64,000 bases of DNA. Source: Microthyrium microscopicum. Taxonomy: Eukaryota. The stretch lies in assembly GCA_010405405.1 (NCBI GenBank), contig MU004244.1, positions 189,895-253,894 of the forward strand, given 5' to 3'. The translations under genes were made by a program, and so were the position numbers. Position 1 is the stretch's first letter; each line of letters starts with the position of its first letter. The notes below the pieces were generated by a model that had not been told where the DNA came from, did no database searches, and saw only the letters and a program-made list of their open reading frames with translations. Shown piece by piece: positions 48,726-63,700 of the stretch.

Positions 48726-51089
48726 TTAGTCCATCAAACTCCCCGCCGGTCTATTGTCTCCTCCAAATGCCGTTTGTGGTTGATTCTGGCTATTGGGGAA
48801 CCCGCCTGGCTGATCGGAAAAGTACATATCCGCCGCATCTAAAGCGGCCGAAAGGGAGTGGGTATTTTGTCCAACTCCTCCATCTGGACTTGTTAACATG
48901 TTTCCACCGCCCAAAGATGTTTGATTGGAGGTCGCTAGTTGTAGCTCAGCCATTTGTTTTCTCACGTCCACCTCTTCCTGATGTGTGGGTAGTTGAGATT
49001 TTTGGAGCGCCGGACTTTCCTGCAATTTACGAGGTCTTGCTGATCGAAATACCTGGTTCACAGGCTTGAGGTAAATGGTGGCGAGAGTGCCAACAGTAAG
49101 GCACATCTCCTCCAAAGTAGCCGCCTCAAGCTTTTCGCTCTCTGCAGTTATTGGAGGCTTATCTCCCATCACTATAAGTCTAGCGGTGTTGGCGTCCTGA
49201 GTTTGAAGGTCGGATGAAAGAAGTCGCCAATACATGAAGCCCCGGTCACGAAGATCTGGGTTATCGGTTTCCTCAGTGGCCCACTTTAGCACCTTTGGTA
49301 CAAGAGCTTGGCCTTTCGACGGCCGTTGAACAAAGAGTTTGACCGTTGCTGTAAGTAGTGCAAGTTGAACCTCTACCGGCTCGTCTGCAAAAGTGAAAAG
49401 AAAATCTTCGAGCAGCTCGTCAGAGTTTTCAATCCGATCTGCATACTGCCCAATGACCCAAATCATCGCTGCTTTGGCTTCCGGCTCATCTAAAGAGTCC
49501 AAGTGCTCGCACAGTGTACCAATGACAGATTCGTACTGGTTTGGATACTTCCGAAATATGTTGCGAAAGACGACTGTGGCTTCTTGAACGATATATGTCA
49601 CTTTTGTGGCGACAAGATCAAGCAAGACATTGATGCACTGTCGGGCGGCAGGTTCGATCTTGATCGCTAGCTTTCCAATCGCTCTCACGGACTTGCGGAC
49701 AAAGTCGGGGTCAATTTCTGTTGCATACCTTTCAGTGTTAGTAAACTTGATGTCGTTGAATTTAGCACACGGCTTACTCTCGAAGTTCAGTGAGAACCTC
49801 CTTGATATTAGTTTCCGTTGCCAGCATGAATATCAACTCCAGTTTGGTGACTTTGACGTAGATTGGGTCATTGTACTTGCAGAAAAAGACACGAATATCG
49901 TTTCTCAATATCTCAGGCCTTCTTTGTAGGATTAGTATTGCATTGCGTAGAGCGAGGTATTGAATTTCGGGTCCTTTTGATAATAAGGTAACCAGAGGTG
50001 GAGAAAGTTTGTTGCAAAGCGATGTAATGACCTTTTGATCATCTATATAGTTCATGAGGTATAGGATGACCCGTATGCAGGTCAGCACCACAGAGGAGTT
50101 GGTGTGTGAGAGTCGAGGTGATATTCTTTCCGCCAGTATTGAAGCTTCGGAGGTCTCCTGCGGAACATAGTTCATAAGAGCTTCCAGAATATAAGTTTGA
50201 CCCCATTCTGAGCAGTCAGGCATAATTTGGACAATCTTTGAAGCACTAGCATAATCTATGGTGAGCTTGATGTTTTCAGATCGCTCCCAAATATCCATTA
50301 AACTCGCCAAAGCGCTGGAGACAACTGTAGGGTTCGGGTCGCGAAGCATTTGGTTTAAGAGGCCTATGAGATCTGAATTTTCGACGAGTCCTTGATCATG
50401 GTCGTATAGTTTGGCGACACAAAAGGCAGCTGTTTTCCGAACATATGGGTCGTTATCTTTCAGAAGCTTTCGTAAAGGCGTGACTGTGCCTTGGACGAAT
50501 TCGCGAACATGAATGTAGGAAATGGTTCGAAGAGCAAGGGCGCGAACGAGGGGGTTTTGGTCGTCCATATCCTACAGTATGTAAGTAAAAGATAGAGTTG
50601 AGAAACGATAATCTTACGGATAAAAGTACAGGTAATGCTTTCAGCGCTACTTCTGGTTTTGCTCTGGCATAATTCACAAGGTATAGGAAACACCTATGTC
50701 CGTTAGCTGTTGTCAGACATGGATTTGCAAAGCACAAATCTCACATCTTCTTGATCTCCAGGCTTTCTATGGTCATACAGGCTACGATATCGGGAAACAA
50801 GGCAACCATGTCATTGTTGCTCATGGTCATATTGGCGACAATTCGTTTAAGTGCGATCTTTTTGGCAGAGTGGTTCTTGTCCTTCCGGCCCCCAGCCTGG
50901 AGCTCGGCACGAAGCTCGGCAACTTTTCCCTATCGTTCAACATGCTGTTAGCGTCTTGTATCTTGTATGTCTCCAATGTTCTATCGGGTTCGGAATGATG
51001 TAGACTAGCCCATGAGCTTGGGCGTTGTTGGAAAGGAGGAGGAGAGCGCCTACCCGCGCGAAAAGCTTCGCATCTTGACCTGTGCTCAT
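48726..51089 (-). CDS. APL1: AP-2 adaptor complex beta subunit (multi-exon)
   Basis: MSTGQDAKLFAR|GKVAELRAEL..IVANMTMSNNDMVALFPD, DQNPLVRALALRT, DPYVRKTAA, DNPDLRDRGFMYWRLL; no appendage domain, as expected for fungal AP-2 beta. Confidence 0.9.
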
Positions 51090-51757
51090 CTTTTGGAGGT
51101 GATCATTCGATATGATTCCAGGAATTTGAGGCTAGAGGGGTGTAGGGAATGGCAGCGTAACGATATAGATTTGTAGTAGTTGATTGGGGTTGCTCAGTGC
51201 TGGTCGCAGAAGCTCAACACCACATGGTCTGAGCTTCTCCCCTCTAATCCCTATAATTCCATTTCACATCCCAACTGGTCAACCAAATAAAAGCGTTCTC
51301 CCATCAGCGTTGATGAATCCTACGAACGCTCTTGATTAAAAGGTGCTATATTCCCTATCGCATTCAAAAAAATGTCCAAGTGGCAAATATAGCACTCGAT
51401 AGCAGATCGTCCTGTTTGGGAGCCATCGGACTCGCTGGGAGCGCGCCATTTATTTCATCGACCCCTTGACATCATTCTCTTCATGGCAGTATCAAAAGCC
51501 TGTACAAAGTATCTACAATTCTTGTACGACAATATCATGTTTCCTTGTCCAGCTCCATGGCTCTGCTGCGTTACAAACTATGTCATACTTGCGTTCAAGT
51601 CATCTACAACAAGTTATGATTGCGACTCGTTGGCGGCTTCTCCCAGCAGGCTATACATTACAGTGTACACTCTTTGTCCCTTGCAATCGACGTGTATGCT
51701 GATAGATCTAGGGATATACTTGAGGCCCCAACTCTCCTCGAATTTTTTTGGATCTAT

Positions 51758-54509
51758 TCAACCTTGGGACCAGCCACTTGATCTTGGAAATGGCTGCCAT
51801 TGAGATCCATCGCCGCCTCCTGTAAAGGCACTCCAATCCCTCCGAGCTTCATTAGGTCTTGCATAAGGATGATTTATAGTGTCAACCTCCGAAAAAGTGT
51901 CCCAGATCATGTCATCCCAAAATCCTACAGGCGACGTTTGCTGTGGATGCATGTTCGGCAGATTAACAGGGCCTGTCGCTGATACCGGACCCATTCCCAA
52001 AACACCAGAAGGCTGATGCTGTCCAAATCCCATGTACTCGGTAGGCGATGCCAGTTGAGAAGATGCTATGTGGCTGGACACACTTTGAGCTGGCGTCAGA
52101 ACTCCACCCATGGGACCATAACTTCGGGGCGATACATCTTCCGACAACTGATCTATCGGGGAATGATGTGGTGATTGTAGGGCAGCAGGATTTTGCATCA
52201 TCAAACCGTGGAGATGAAGCGGATGCGATCTTATATGTTGCTGCTGCTGTTGCTGCTGTTGGTGTTGGTGTTGGTGTTGATGTTGATGTTGATGTTGCTG
52301 CTGCTGTTGATGATGCTGTCGCTCTCGTTCTGCCATGATTTTGACCAAAGCATCTTGCTGTCGTCTTTGCGCATTTGCCGCATCGGACAAAGCCTTGGCC
52401 GCATCGAGGAGTTTGGAAATGACCTCCTGGGACGGCTTGGCTGCTACCGAATACTTTTCCATCCTCGAAAAGTAGTTGACGACATTATTGATCTGATTTC
52501 TCCATTTCTCGGTCTCTTCGGGGCTACCAAAGTCGGTGAATAAAGAGACTAAGGGGATAAAAGAGGCCTGGTAAGCCAGCCAGACTCCGTTCCAACCCGA
52601 GATCAGGTCTTCCTTACACTCTGAGCATATGTCTTCGATGGCTTTGGCCGCTGCAATGCGACACTTGCCAATTGCCAACTTCTCTTCTGCATTGAGCGTC
52701 GAGAATGGTACCTTTCTCAAAGCAGCGCTAAGCAGGTAGGGCCGATGGAGGACAATTTGTAGGTTGTGATATCTCCACTTCATCACTCGACGAGGAACGC
52801 GCAAAAATGACGGTATGCTCTGCTCCGGATCGTCTCGTAACATGCTCGGCAAGTCTTTCCACCACTTTACCAGATTATTATCCAACTGAACGGCTACCTC
52901 TGGTGGTACAAGGGGGGTCGCGCTTAGCTTGTCTTGAATCGTCGTGGCTATTTTGCAGAATTCTGTGTTATGAATGAGAGGCAGAAGCTTGAGCCTTTCT
53001 GGGTCTTGAGGACCCTTTTCCTGGATCAAGTCAGCAAAGCGTAAAGACATTGGTGCCATCGACGTACACTCGCAATCTTCCCAAGCTCTCGTACCGTCAC
53101 CCCTGGCGACAGCCTGCCTAGAGTTGGCCTCCCAGTGGTTGTGGTTGCCCAAGTGTCAAGACAGAACAAACTCCACCATGTCCTCCTCCGAATTTCCGCA
53201 GCTCTTGTCGTATCAATACCTCTACCTTCGGTTTTATTCATAGCGTGCTCGACTTTCTCGTTGCCATCAACTTCCTCGGTCTTTTGGGGACTGACAAAGT
53301 ACTCTCTGTGTAGCCCAAGGGAACAGGCTATTCGCATACCAGCACCCATGGTCAGATCGCCTTCATTTGGTCTGTTGAGATAGTGCAAGTAGTAGCCTCC
53401 AACCATCCCAACAACCTGAAGGCCTTCCAGATTCGGGCAACGATAAGATCCCACTCTTGTGTTGATATGCTCTAGAGCTTTCCGGTAGTATTTCATGTGT
53501 TCTTGGTTATCCTTTGTTCCAGAAGCAAGAGAGCCTAAGGCACATATTACATTCAAGAGAGCTAGCCACGATGGATCTGTCCGCTTTTCACAGCTATAGT
53601 CGGTCCAGAACGCTTCTTCGTCGACCATGGGAAAGAAAGGGTGGACCTTTTCAAAGAAAGCACGAGCGAGTGTTTCTCTTTGCTCCCGGGATGGTTCAAA
53701 GCATTTATAGGTATCCTCGTATCGAGGAGACTCCAGCTTTCGTGTTTGCGACTGCTCGTCTTCGGACTGAACCTGGATGAGTGCTTTCGCATTGGGCGCC
53801 ATCTTGAAAATCACCTTTAGCGCTGCGTTGACTGACGATATCCCCACGTAGGAGCTCTGTTTATCAACTCTCATGGAAAGGGAGTTGACGTCGTCGGCTA
53901 CGCTCTGCAGGGGCTCCCTCGGGTCCTCACGCCAGTCTGATCTGTCCTCGGGGGCATGCTCTAAAGCCTCTAATGACTCAGCACCTTCTGATTTGACTGT
54001 CATATGGCCCATCCCATTAGAGTCTGATGGTGACAAATAAGGTGAACTTATTGCCGGTGTGGAGAGCGCAATATTCAGAAGTTCCTCCCTTGGCAAAGAC
54101 AGCAGGGATTCAACATCTTTGGAGCCAAACAGTCTTTGCAAGATCATCTGATGCTGCTCGATAGACGAGTTCAACTTTTCCACGAGTCTGCCAATCAGTT
54201 AGTCTTGTATGGATTGGACGAGATGGGACATCGATGTGAATAGGAACGCATTCTCATGACTTACTTGCGCGATGGTACTACCCGTTGAATTGGCTTCGCA
54301 TAACTGCATGCTTCGGGATGTTGATACCACTGACATTGCCCACATGGTTGAACGCCATCGCATCGGATCTTACGTCGGCGACATTCGACGCATGCATTAG
54401 TAGTCGTGATTCGTCTCGAGCCAGTTGAACGGCTGATCTTCATACCTTCTCCTCCTTCTCCACTGGCCGCTCGTACACCAGCTGATGTGGTTTGGAACGT
54501 TGTGAACAT
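51758..54509 (-). CDS. Zn(II)2Cys6 transcription factor with fungal-specific TF domain and Q/H tract (two introns)
   Basis: ACVECRRRKIRCDGVQPCGQC...C, FFEKVHPFFPMVD, SLGLHRE, RRRTWWSLFCLD, LHRPYL. Confidence 0.93.
52236..52320 (-). repeat. Coding CAN microsatellite (poly-Q/QH)
   Basis: QHHQQQQQHQHQHQHQHQHQQQQQQQQH. Confidence 0.85.
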
Positions 54510-57199
54510 GATATCTTCCAGCGCGAAGTCAAGCAAGGCCAGGCACTCTCAGTGCCAGCTATGGTAGGAAACTACAGGTAAATCATCTGGCACTGGCAGG
54601 GAATAGCCTCGAAATCCCCAGTAGTATGTGGATGGCTTGGTGGTCCTAGGGCGAAAGATGGTCCTTTAGGTTTGTCTAAAACCAACTGGCCAAGGGAAAA
54701 CTAAAGGGGTGATCGATATGATTAGTAGATTATGCTTTGATTCTCGTTTGCGATTGTAAACGATAATGACAGGATATGCTCTTGAGTACTATCTCCACCA
54801 GGTGTAGTAGTAAATGGTTCTTCACAAATGAGCTTCAAATACTGGTCGGGAGTAAAATAATGTAGTCCTATGAGCCCCGCCTATGTAGGCCTACGTGCTG
54901 TAATTTCATCGAAATTAAGCGAATTACCTTGTAGTTTGTAATGAGCACTGTTCGATAGAAGGAGTGGAAACATGCTTCTACAACGCAAAGACCGTTTTCT
55001 GGCCATAGGCTGCATACAAAACCTTAATGAGAGAGTATTTAGAAATGACAGCAGGACACTGCCTTTAAGTTCATGCCAGGCTTATGTCCTGTGAACGTTG
55101 TATTATTTCTGGCTGGGCTCGAACCTGTTTGAGCGTTACCTTGTGTAGTGTCATTGCATAACAACTTTGTACCTCGACGCAAAGAAGTACCTCAACGCCG
55201 GCCGCATTTGCTAAGTCATTGACTGTGTAAATATATGGCACTCGTAGTAGAAGAAAGCTAACTTGGACGCTTGCTGAGGTCAACATTCTGCTATTGGTGG
55301 GATATTTCGATACTAGATCAGTTCATAGCCTTTCCCAGGTTAAGGTTAATCTGGTACCGTATTTACCAAATATCATGGTTGGACGAAGGTGTGTGGTCAG
55401 ACAGGTGGAGCCTGTGAAAGAAAATCCGCTTAGACCATTTGTCAAGGTTTAGTACTATCCCCCAATGATTATCTCTGGGGCTCTCGTGGCTCTCCTAGCT
55501 GGTGTGTATCCGATTGTTTGGAATATAGCTTCTGCCACGAGGTGCCTCGGATCGCCCCGAGAACCAGCTGGTATCAGAGTAAAAATAACTAGTTGGAGCG
55601 CAGTTCTATCAATTAGCGAATCGCAAAACAGACCTTCATTGTAAACCAACGGGAATCCGGTCCGTCTAAGGTGGTACGTGTTAGATCGGCACCTGTTTCT
55701 AAGACTAGCATGAATAGTCAGAATGATCCTACCTACATGCTACACACAGAGCAAACAAGGTCTTTCACCACTCTAGCTACATTGTCTTCGCTAATGAGAT
55801 CGCTCAGCAACCAAGAAGAACTCACGGATATCTGGTAGCATTTCAAAAGTTTAACTAAAATCAATCCAGGAGTCGTGGCATGCCGGCAGGAACATTCCGA
55901 AAACTTAATCTGGGGATATTCTCAGATAGGGAACAACTCCTCGAAGAGGTACAGATTACCTCAAGTCCTCGGTTGCATGTAATTGGTCGCCGGCTCGCGT
56001 GGTCGAGCCCTGACTGCATTGCAGTCAAGATGTAACCCCCTAACGATCATATGGATCTAGTAAGTATAATGGTAAATAAACGTCAAGAGCTGATAGATAT
56101 CATGTTATTGGCAACGACCAACCCAGTATGATAGACACTGGAGATCGGAAGGAGTAAGTAATAGTATGTAATACAGAAAACAGCTTTTGTTTGTTTAGCT
56201 CGACATACTTCTCAACACGCATGGCGATTTCGGTGCGGTACAACCCGTAAGTAAGGGCGAAGCTTTGTTCGGGTCTTTCGATTTGTCGAGACCCGAGTGT
56301 GAGAGAGCTCGACAGGAATAACAATTGCTGTGTACTCGAGTAAAATGACATTTGCATGACCCCCGAGCCGGACACGCTTGGGCACCAGTATTGAATCATC
56401 TAATGAATACAATGAGTACGTCGGCCAGTCTTACATGACGATTCGATTTCAGCATATTTCCCCTTTCCAAATCAGCATATTTGACAGCAGTACCACAATA
56501 GTAGATCAGTTATTACCAATGTTGGTGAGATGGATCAACTGGTACCTCAGATTACTGATATGGATGACTCAGGGAATACTCGCACTCTCAAGCATTCAAA
56601 AAGTCTAACCAAGTTTGTAGCGCAAACATAGGATTTGTCCTGCACTTAGTACACACATCGAACAGGAAGGGCCTGTCAAGAGAAGCTACAGTTATATAGC
56701 ATTCGAGGCTAATGACGGGTAAGCAGGTTATCTATCTCAATAAATATCGTTACAATAATCCAATGCCAAAACAAATAGATGTCCAAAAATGGTCCGATTT
56801 TTGATATGCCCAGTGTCATCTACGAGAAAGATCCTATCCATGATCGAAAGCCTAACAGAATTGTAACAGGGATGATGACATAGTGTGCTAAGAAAAGGTC
56901 GCGGTTCTGGGTTGCATTAAGTAGAACTAGAGGTAATAAGAGAAACAACCCTTAATTGGTTGGCTGTGGGTATTGGATATACCTTGAAACATTTGAATTA
57001 AAGTAGCGGACAAGGAGTCGTGCTGGTCGATTGACGGGCCGTGGAAGTGAGTTCTGAAGATGACGGAATCTCAAAACGCCGAGGATCTAATAATCCATGC
57101 ATAGAAAGGGATCGAATTATACGGGTATGTGGTTCGTGGGAAACATTAAACAATATATGTAATGGTATACGAAGTGAATTGTAGTCGAAAAAGCTCACT

Positions 57200-59921
57200 C
57201 TAGCCCACGAAGGAGCCGCTTTTATAGCCAAGTGGACTAGCTCCAAACACTTCGTCGTCTCCATAAAAGCTGGGCATTCGTAGGTGTCCAGTGCAAAATG
57301 CACAGACATAGATGGGTGGTAATTTTAGATTCCGTTCTTCAGCTCGTTTGCCAAACACACAGCGTATATGAACAAAATTCGAGCAACGATGACATCTGAT
57401 CACTGGCGATTGGCTGCTATCATCTGTGGCCCCACATGAGCAGCGGATAGAATCTGTTGATCGATTGGATCGGTCTGTCGTAGGAGTGTTATTGCTTGAT
57501 GTGGCTTGGCCGTATGGTAAAGATGGAGATGGAGGCGATGGAAACTTGGTTATGTCCATGAACCCAGAAGAGCGAACAGGATTGGTAGCGGCGCGCCGAG
57601 GCTTAATCGTTGCATTTGGATCGAGGAAATCTTCAAATAAGGGGTTAGAGGTTGAATGAGTGGAAGTCAGAAGATGGTAGCCTACCTCGTCGTACTCTCC
57701 CACCGACCAGCTTTTTCAACGCACTTTGAGCATCGCCAGTATCTGAGTCATCACCATCAGGCGCCATTATCGTGTCTTGAGAAGATCCAGCCAACTGGTC
57801 TGCCAAAGAACTGGAAAAGCTTTCTTGGCTGGAGCGGCGATGGGCCTCCATGGAGACTTTACGTCCAAGAGGCGTTGCGTTCATTCGAGAAGTAAGACTA
57901 CTCAATGATGTAGAGCTCAAAGGCCGTTTGTACAGGCCACCATCCTCATCGTCGCTGTCCATACGTGCGTGCTTCGGTGCACGTAAGAGATCCGATGAGA
58001 ACACAAAGGAGTTTCGCTGGCTTGTTATCAGAGGATCATCTTCTGAACTATCTTCTTCTCCAGGCCAATGAGTAGAGGTTCGACGACTAGGCAGCTCATC
58101 ATCATCGTCCAGTGAGGTTTCTGTTCTAGCAGTTCCAGTGTCATCAATAATCAGTCTAGTACGAAGTCGTGATGGCCTAGAAGACGACTCAGGTATGGAT
58201 GATAGTGAGGCTTGACTGAGCCTTTTGAGCGGAGAAGACTTTCTCTGAATGCTTTCGGCCGTTTGGACCGCCTGTCTTGCATCAAAGGATTTTGTTTTGA
58301 GTCGACGAAATCCGCTATCTGTATTACTCCTCTGAAGGGCAGGGCGATTAGAAGGACCCAGTGATGACCCCGTTCTGCTATGTTGTTGCTGTTGTTGCTG
58401 CTGCTGCTTTTGCTGGCGAGTTTTCTTGACCAACTCCCGTTCACGAGTGGACTCTCTGGTTTGTTGCTCATATGGCTGCCGAGAACCCGGGTCGAATATC
58501 GGTGGAGGTATAGGGGCTCCCACAGACGACGGATTCACTGTCTGTACCGGACTTGAAAAACTGAAAAGTAAATTAGGATTGACATTAGGAGGTACGGCCG
58601 GATCCCATGAAGGTCTGGCACGGGCTGTAAGTGTGGAATGAGCATGACCACCGTTGTCGGTCATGTAGGAAAATGCCTCTAGTATTTGCCCATCTTGTAC
58701 CGGAGTAGGACTTTGCTGATGTATAAAGTTACTGTGCACGGCTTGCTGTGGTACTTCCTGATGCTGCCAATTCCTCATTTCGTCCATCATAGTATTATTG
58801 CCCGCGAATTGAGGCTGGCTTGTTTGCAACATTTGATTCTCGAATTGCTCCATTTGTGGGCTGTTATCCCACATGAATCTTCCGTGAGGCACAGGTGGTG
58901 CACTAGCAGGTGCATTTTGAAACTGTCGAAACTGATGAAAATCCGTCGAAATTGGCAGTGGTTGTTGAAAGGGCGTTTGAAAAGTAGGAGTTGGAAACTC
59001 GTTGCCAGGGAAATTCAGCGGAGGTTGTCTACTTGGAGTACTGAGAGGATCCTGCGTCTGATGGAAGGACATCGAGGTATTGGCAGATGGATGCGCGAGT
59101 CCCCGGTGATTTCTAGTATCCTCCCCAGAAGGAGGGGTTTGGAGCTGATATGGATTCATCTCATCAGTCCGTGTGAGAGGTCTTACTGCTTTTGAGAAAT
59201 CGGCTGGACTATCTAGAAGGTTTGGAGAAGAAGAGAGCCTTTTTGAAGGGTCTACCGGTGGTAGGGGTAATTTGCTAGTTGTGGTGATATTTTGATGAAA
59301 TTGGGGATCATCCGGAGAAAGTGGAGAATTTTTTATACTCCTTCGAAAGGTAGCTGTAGTTGCAGATGTAGGTGTAAGAACAGGTGTCGTTTGTCCCTTG
59401 AGCGACGGTGTATAGTATGCATCCACAAAGAAGGTGGGCGACTCTGCCTTTGGTGTATTAAAGGGATGTTGATGGCCGCCTGAGGACTTTGGGGTTGCTG
59501 AGGGGCTTGGAAGTGGCCAATTCGATACTCTAGATTATGGAGAGATGGTTAGCCAGCGTACTAACTATCAATTGTTTGCATTATTTGATGCCTTCAAAAG
59601 CCTTTCTCTTGCAGCTGAGGTTAATGCTGTAGGACCCAACGTTGTCATGCAGCTTGCCATCTGGGCAAAATAGCAGCACCACACTCATTGTACATTCCAG
59701 AGAAAAAGCCCGGAAACAAATATAGCAAAATGTAGTTGAATGGTCAGCGACCGGGCTGCTGCCTGTAAGTTGCGACGCTACTATAGATTAAGCCCAAACT
59801 CGCACTAAAGAATCTTTGATGCCAAGCAGACGATTCGGCAGCACCCACATAAAACAGGCAGCGGTGCAGCAAGAGTGCTTAGGAGAGTGTCTTACCCATA
59901 AGAGGATGGTTCCACGCTCAT
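57200..59921 (-). CDS. Low-complexity protein with C-terminal PHD finger (three exons)
   Basis: Exon 1 MSVEPSSYG ends at a GTAAG donor and splices in frame to VSNWPLPSP; C-terminal IRCSCG...IRCHRCSNFVHIRC...YVCAFC (C4HC3). Confidence 0.85.
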
Positions 59922-60712
59922 GTCAGAAGAGTGTTACAACAACCTCGTGCAAGTCGGCCAGATATGGCACGAGTACAGCCGCTTTGAGAATATTGTAGAA
60001 GGTCGAAGTGATAAGGGCGGAACGCTGCCTGAGATCTCGGCTGTGACGTTGAAAGGACGGCGAGGTCACCCAGTGTATATTCGGATCCAACCAACTCCGT
60101 CGAAGAGAGTTTCTTGTGGTAGTAAAAGGACCAAGAGAGGGCGTCTGGAGGAGAAGGGCACGAGACAGATGTTATATGGCGGTGCAAGAGATTTAAGGAT
60201 TTAGGAAAGGAGCAAGCAGGACGAGTGTTCGGGAGCGATTGAGAGGTGGTTACACCTGCGTGTTGATTAGCAGGCAAAAGGTGTCGACGATAGTAGTACA
60301 AGGCGGTTGAGGATGCGGTGCGGGCATACAACTTGACTTGTATGGCGTCCGTCGAGGTCGGATAGAGCCCCTTTGCGGCGCCAACTGCTCACGGCCTCAG
60401 TCTCATGGGACCCAGGTCAAAGAAGCTCTGAGCGCATCTTGCAGAGATGGCAACGGACGAGTAGAAAATGGCGTAGAGGAGTGGGGATGGGGAAGATTGC
60501 GAATGGAGCTGGGGAGAAGGAGTGGTATAGCAGTATGGGTATAGTAGACGACCGTAAGTAGGCAGTGGATCTGCCAACAGGCATTGGCTTACCTCGACTG
60601 TACTCTTTGGCTGCTTAGACGCATTTCAAGGCATTCTCCACCATGGCCCATACCATGGACTGGCCTGTGAGAAGAGTCTTTGCTTGCTCGGCATGTTGCT
60701 AAGCGCATGCCA

Positions 60713-60739
60713 CACCACCACCACCACCACCACCACCAC
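60713..60739 (+). repeat. (CAC)n microsatellite
   Basis: caccaccaccaccaccaccaccaccac. Confidence 0.9.
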
Positions 60740-63700
60740 TTACCATTCCATACTCTAGAGCCGTAATATTGTGTAAGCCCGATTAATACTACTCTCACAC
60801 TCTTCATTGCCGCGACAGTCGACTGCTTCCATCCAACTGGGAGGCTTGCCCACCATGTACCTAGGTAGTAATGTACTGGCATTGCCTGGTATTGCGGTAG
60901 GCGCTCGCCCGATCTACATGGAATATGCAGCTATCTACGTCCATACATAAAAAATATCTCGGTTCTGCCCTCCTATTTGCTCGTCAACCCTACAAAGTGC
61001 TGGTAACCTTCTCCACTGCCAATGTTAATCATGTACCTGACCATTGTCTTGAGGAACTCAAGGTCCTTGCTTGCGTGAGCACGCCCCTCATTGTCGACTA
61101 ATAGTCTTGGTAGTCAATCCATAGAAAGCCGAAGCCAGATATTTTGTTGAATCTCGACCCCAAGTCTTCCTTTGCCGACCGGAATGTTCGTCCGTGAGGA
61201 ATGAGGTATGAAAGACGACGAATTTTTAAACTCTATCTAGACATGTTCTGTAGAGACTACAGAGCTGCAAAAGGCCATGGAGAACAATTGAACTGCTCTG
61301 CAGGCCTTGAAAAGGAATTCTTAGTACCAGCACCAGTAGTCAGCCCCATTATCTTGGTCGATGGGAGAAATCCATCAGATTGGTACTTTTTGCCCGCTAA
61401 TCTCAGGTACCATGAGCTGCAAGGGCTTGCACAGGCGCGGCTCTGGAGGCTAAAAAAGCCGTTCATGTCACCACTCTTCTGGACGGGAATCCCCAGGTGT
61501 CATTAGGAACAGCTTCAAATCTTGGTACCCTAGAATGCGACGAATGATTCGAAAGCAGATTGTGTGTTTGAGCCATAAAACGGCATCAGATGGTCGTTGT
61601 CTTGAGCCTACATCGAGAACTTACGGAGTACTCTACTGTACAATCTCGAAGGGGAAAACAACGACGGTTAAATCGCGGGGTTAAAAACGCAAAAGTTCAT
61701 CCAGCGGCCAGCCCGTGAGCCCGTGTTGCTCGGCCGCAAGAATGAAAACGACGACGTGAAGCCACACACGGCGATCCCACAGCAGTCCGCCAAATTCAAA
61801 TTTCATACCTTCAGAACTCTACTCCAGATTTTCCCCACTCCCTACAAGCAAATTTATTTAGAAAGACGGCAATCTATTCATACTCCGATGTACTACGGAG
61901 TAGTAATACTGGTTGAAACTTGAGAGTGAGCCTGGAATCATGGATGTCGAAAACGGTGACGGATGTAAAGTCGGTGATAGCCGTGCTCTAGACTACTCAC
62001 TGGGAGTCGTTTGCTGAACCATCTAGATCCGTAATGATTCGCAGCTGTCCCATCTCAAATTACTGCTGAAAGCTCAGCGGTTGGCAGCGCAAAGATGGTC
62101 TCATCAAACGCCGTGGGTACCATATTGCTTTCTCCTGCATCATGCTTGCACCACGCAAAGATTGAAAGCAGATATCTGGACCTGTGGCATGTCCAGCCTT
62201 ACGAAAAGCCCAGTTTCCTTGCCGTCTTGGAGTCGGCTGTATTGACCAATCAACATCCACAGTGTCGAGGCCTAAATGATCCCGCCTCATCCCCTGAGAC
62301 CAATCGCCTACTCGTTGCTCTATATCCGTCTATTCTCCTTCCCCACGGTACTTTTTCTCTGTGGCATGATATTTACCATGTGAGTGGCATTCGTGCCTGA
62401 TGGCGATATTGCATATTGAACCACAATTCTCGGCTGTCATGGTCACTCGATTGGCGCAACATATCTATGAGAAAATTCCGTGGGACTCGGTAAAGCCGAT
62501 TTCTTATAATCCGGGTGGACATTGATTTGGTACAGAATTTCTTATTTTCCTAAAATCCCCTTGGGTAACGAGTCGGCGCCAACCACCCCAAAGCCCCGAC
62601 TTGAGCGAGTCATGATAGCGGGAATCCTACGACCATGAACACGAGCAGAACCGTTCATCAAAACCTTCTCGCGGGGCATTCACAGATGCAAGCTTGTTAG
62701 TGATATGATCTGGATTGTGTGGAGGATAGAAGTTTAAAGTCGACTTGTTTTATCTTCTCGCAAGTGAATTCCATTTTGGTTCAGTGGCAAGGAAGACGCC
62801 TGAATAAATACGGTAGTGGCCATAGACGCCAGTGTACTCTATTCTTGACGCCTCATGATAATAAGACTCCCAAGACCTCCACCCATATTTTTAGGATTCT
62901 TAACAAGGAATCGCACTGAAGATGTCGAAAACAAAAAGCAATGCGACCAATCAACAATAAATCTCTGTACTTCAACGCTCCGTGCTCTATACTGGCAGAA
63001 TGATCTGAATGTCATTCATTGGTAATTTGGTAGTTATAACTTATGGTTGTCTGTGACCTTTTCTATGTCACTGCTCACTTTAAAGAACCTTGATTTAGCA
63101 CGCCACCAAAGAACCCACTTCTCATATCTGCGATATCTTCAACGAAACTCGCAATCTCCTATATAACTTTGAGAGGGCCGGCTCACTGCGGTAAGCTAAT
63201 TCAGCTAACAGATCGTCGGATACCATTTGTCCGCTTTCCATCAACGACACTTGATGACATGTCAAATCGTTTTAAATCCGAGGGTAGCTCACTCCTCTAA
63301 CCTTGGAACGTTTAGCTTTAGTCTTGATATAAAAACGATATTACTTTCTGAATACATGCATCTCCATCTGTCACAAATTATTTAGTAACAGCTCCATTAT
63401 AGCTTGACGACTCACTCTGCATCAGCCTCATCAAGCCCGAGCCTTCAAATGGAGCTGAGTTGTCCACCAGCATTGAGTTTCCGGGCCTGAAGTCCACTAG
63501 TAAATACGGCAGTAGGAGAGAACGTGTAGGAAGCATACATTACAAATAATTATACCACATCTTGCACCGCAGATAGCCTCAGAGCTACTGTAGGTATTGT
63601 AACCAGCTTCGCTGGTGACTACTAAGTATCTAAATTTACCAATTCTTGCATAAAGTTATCCTGTTGGCTGCATTCTTCATGAGCCGCTTTGATCACTCAT

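Noticed and set aside
54540..57190. Small ORFs between the Zn2Cys6 and PHD genes
   Set aside because: No coding-like composition or consistent splice structure; treated as promoter and 3' UTR.
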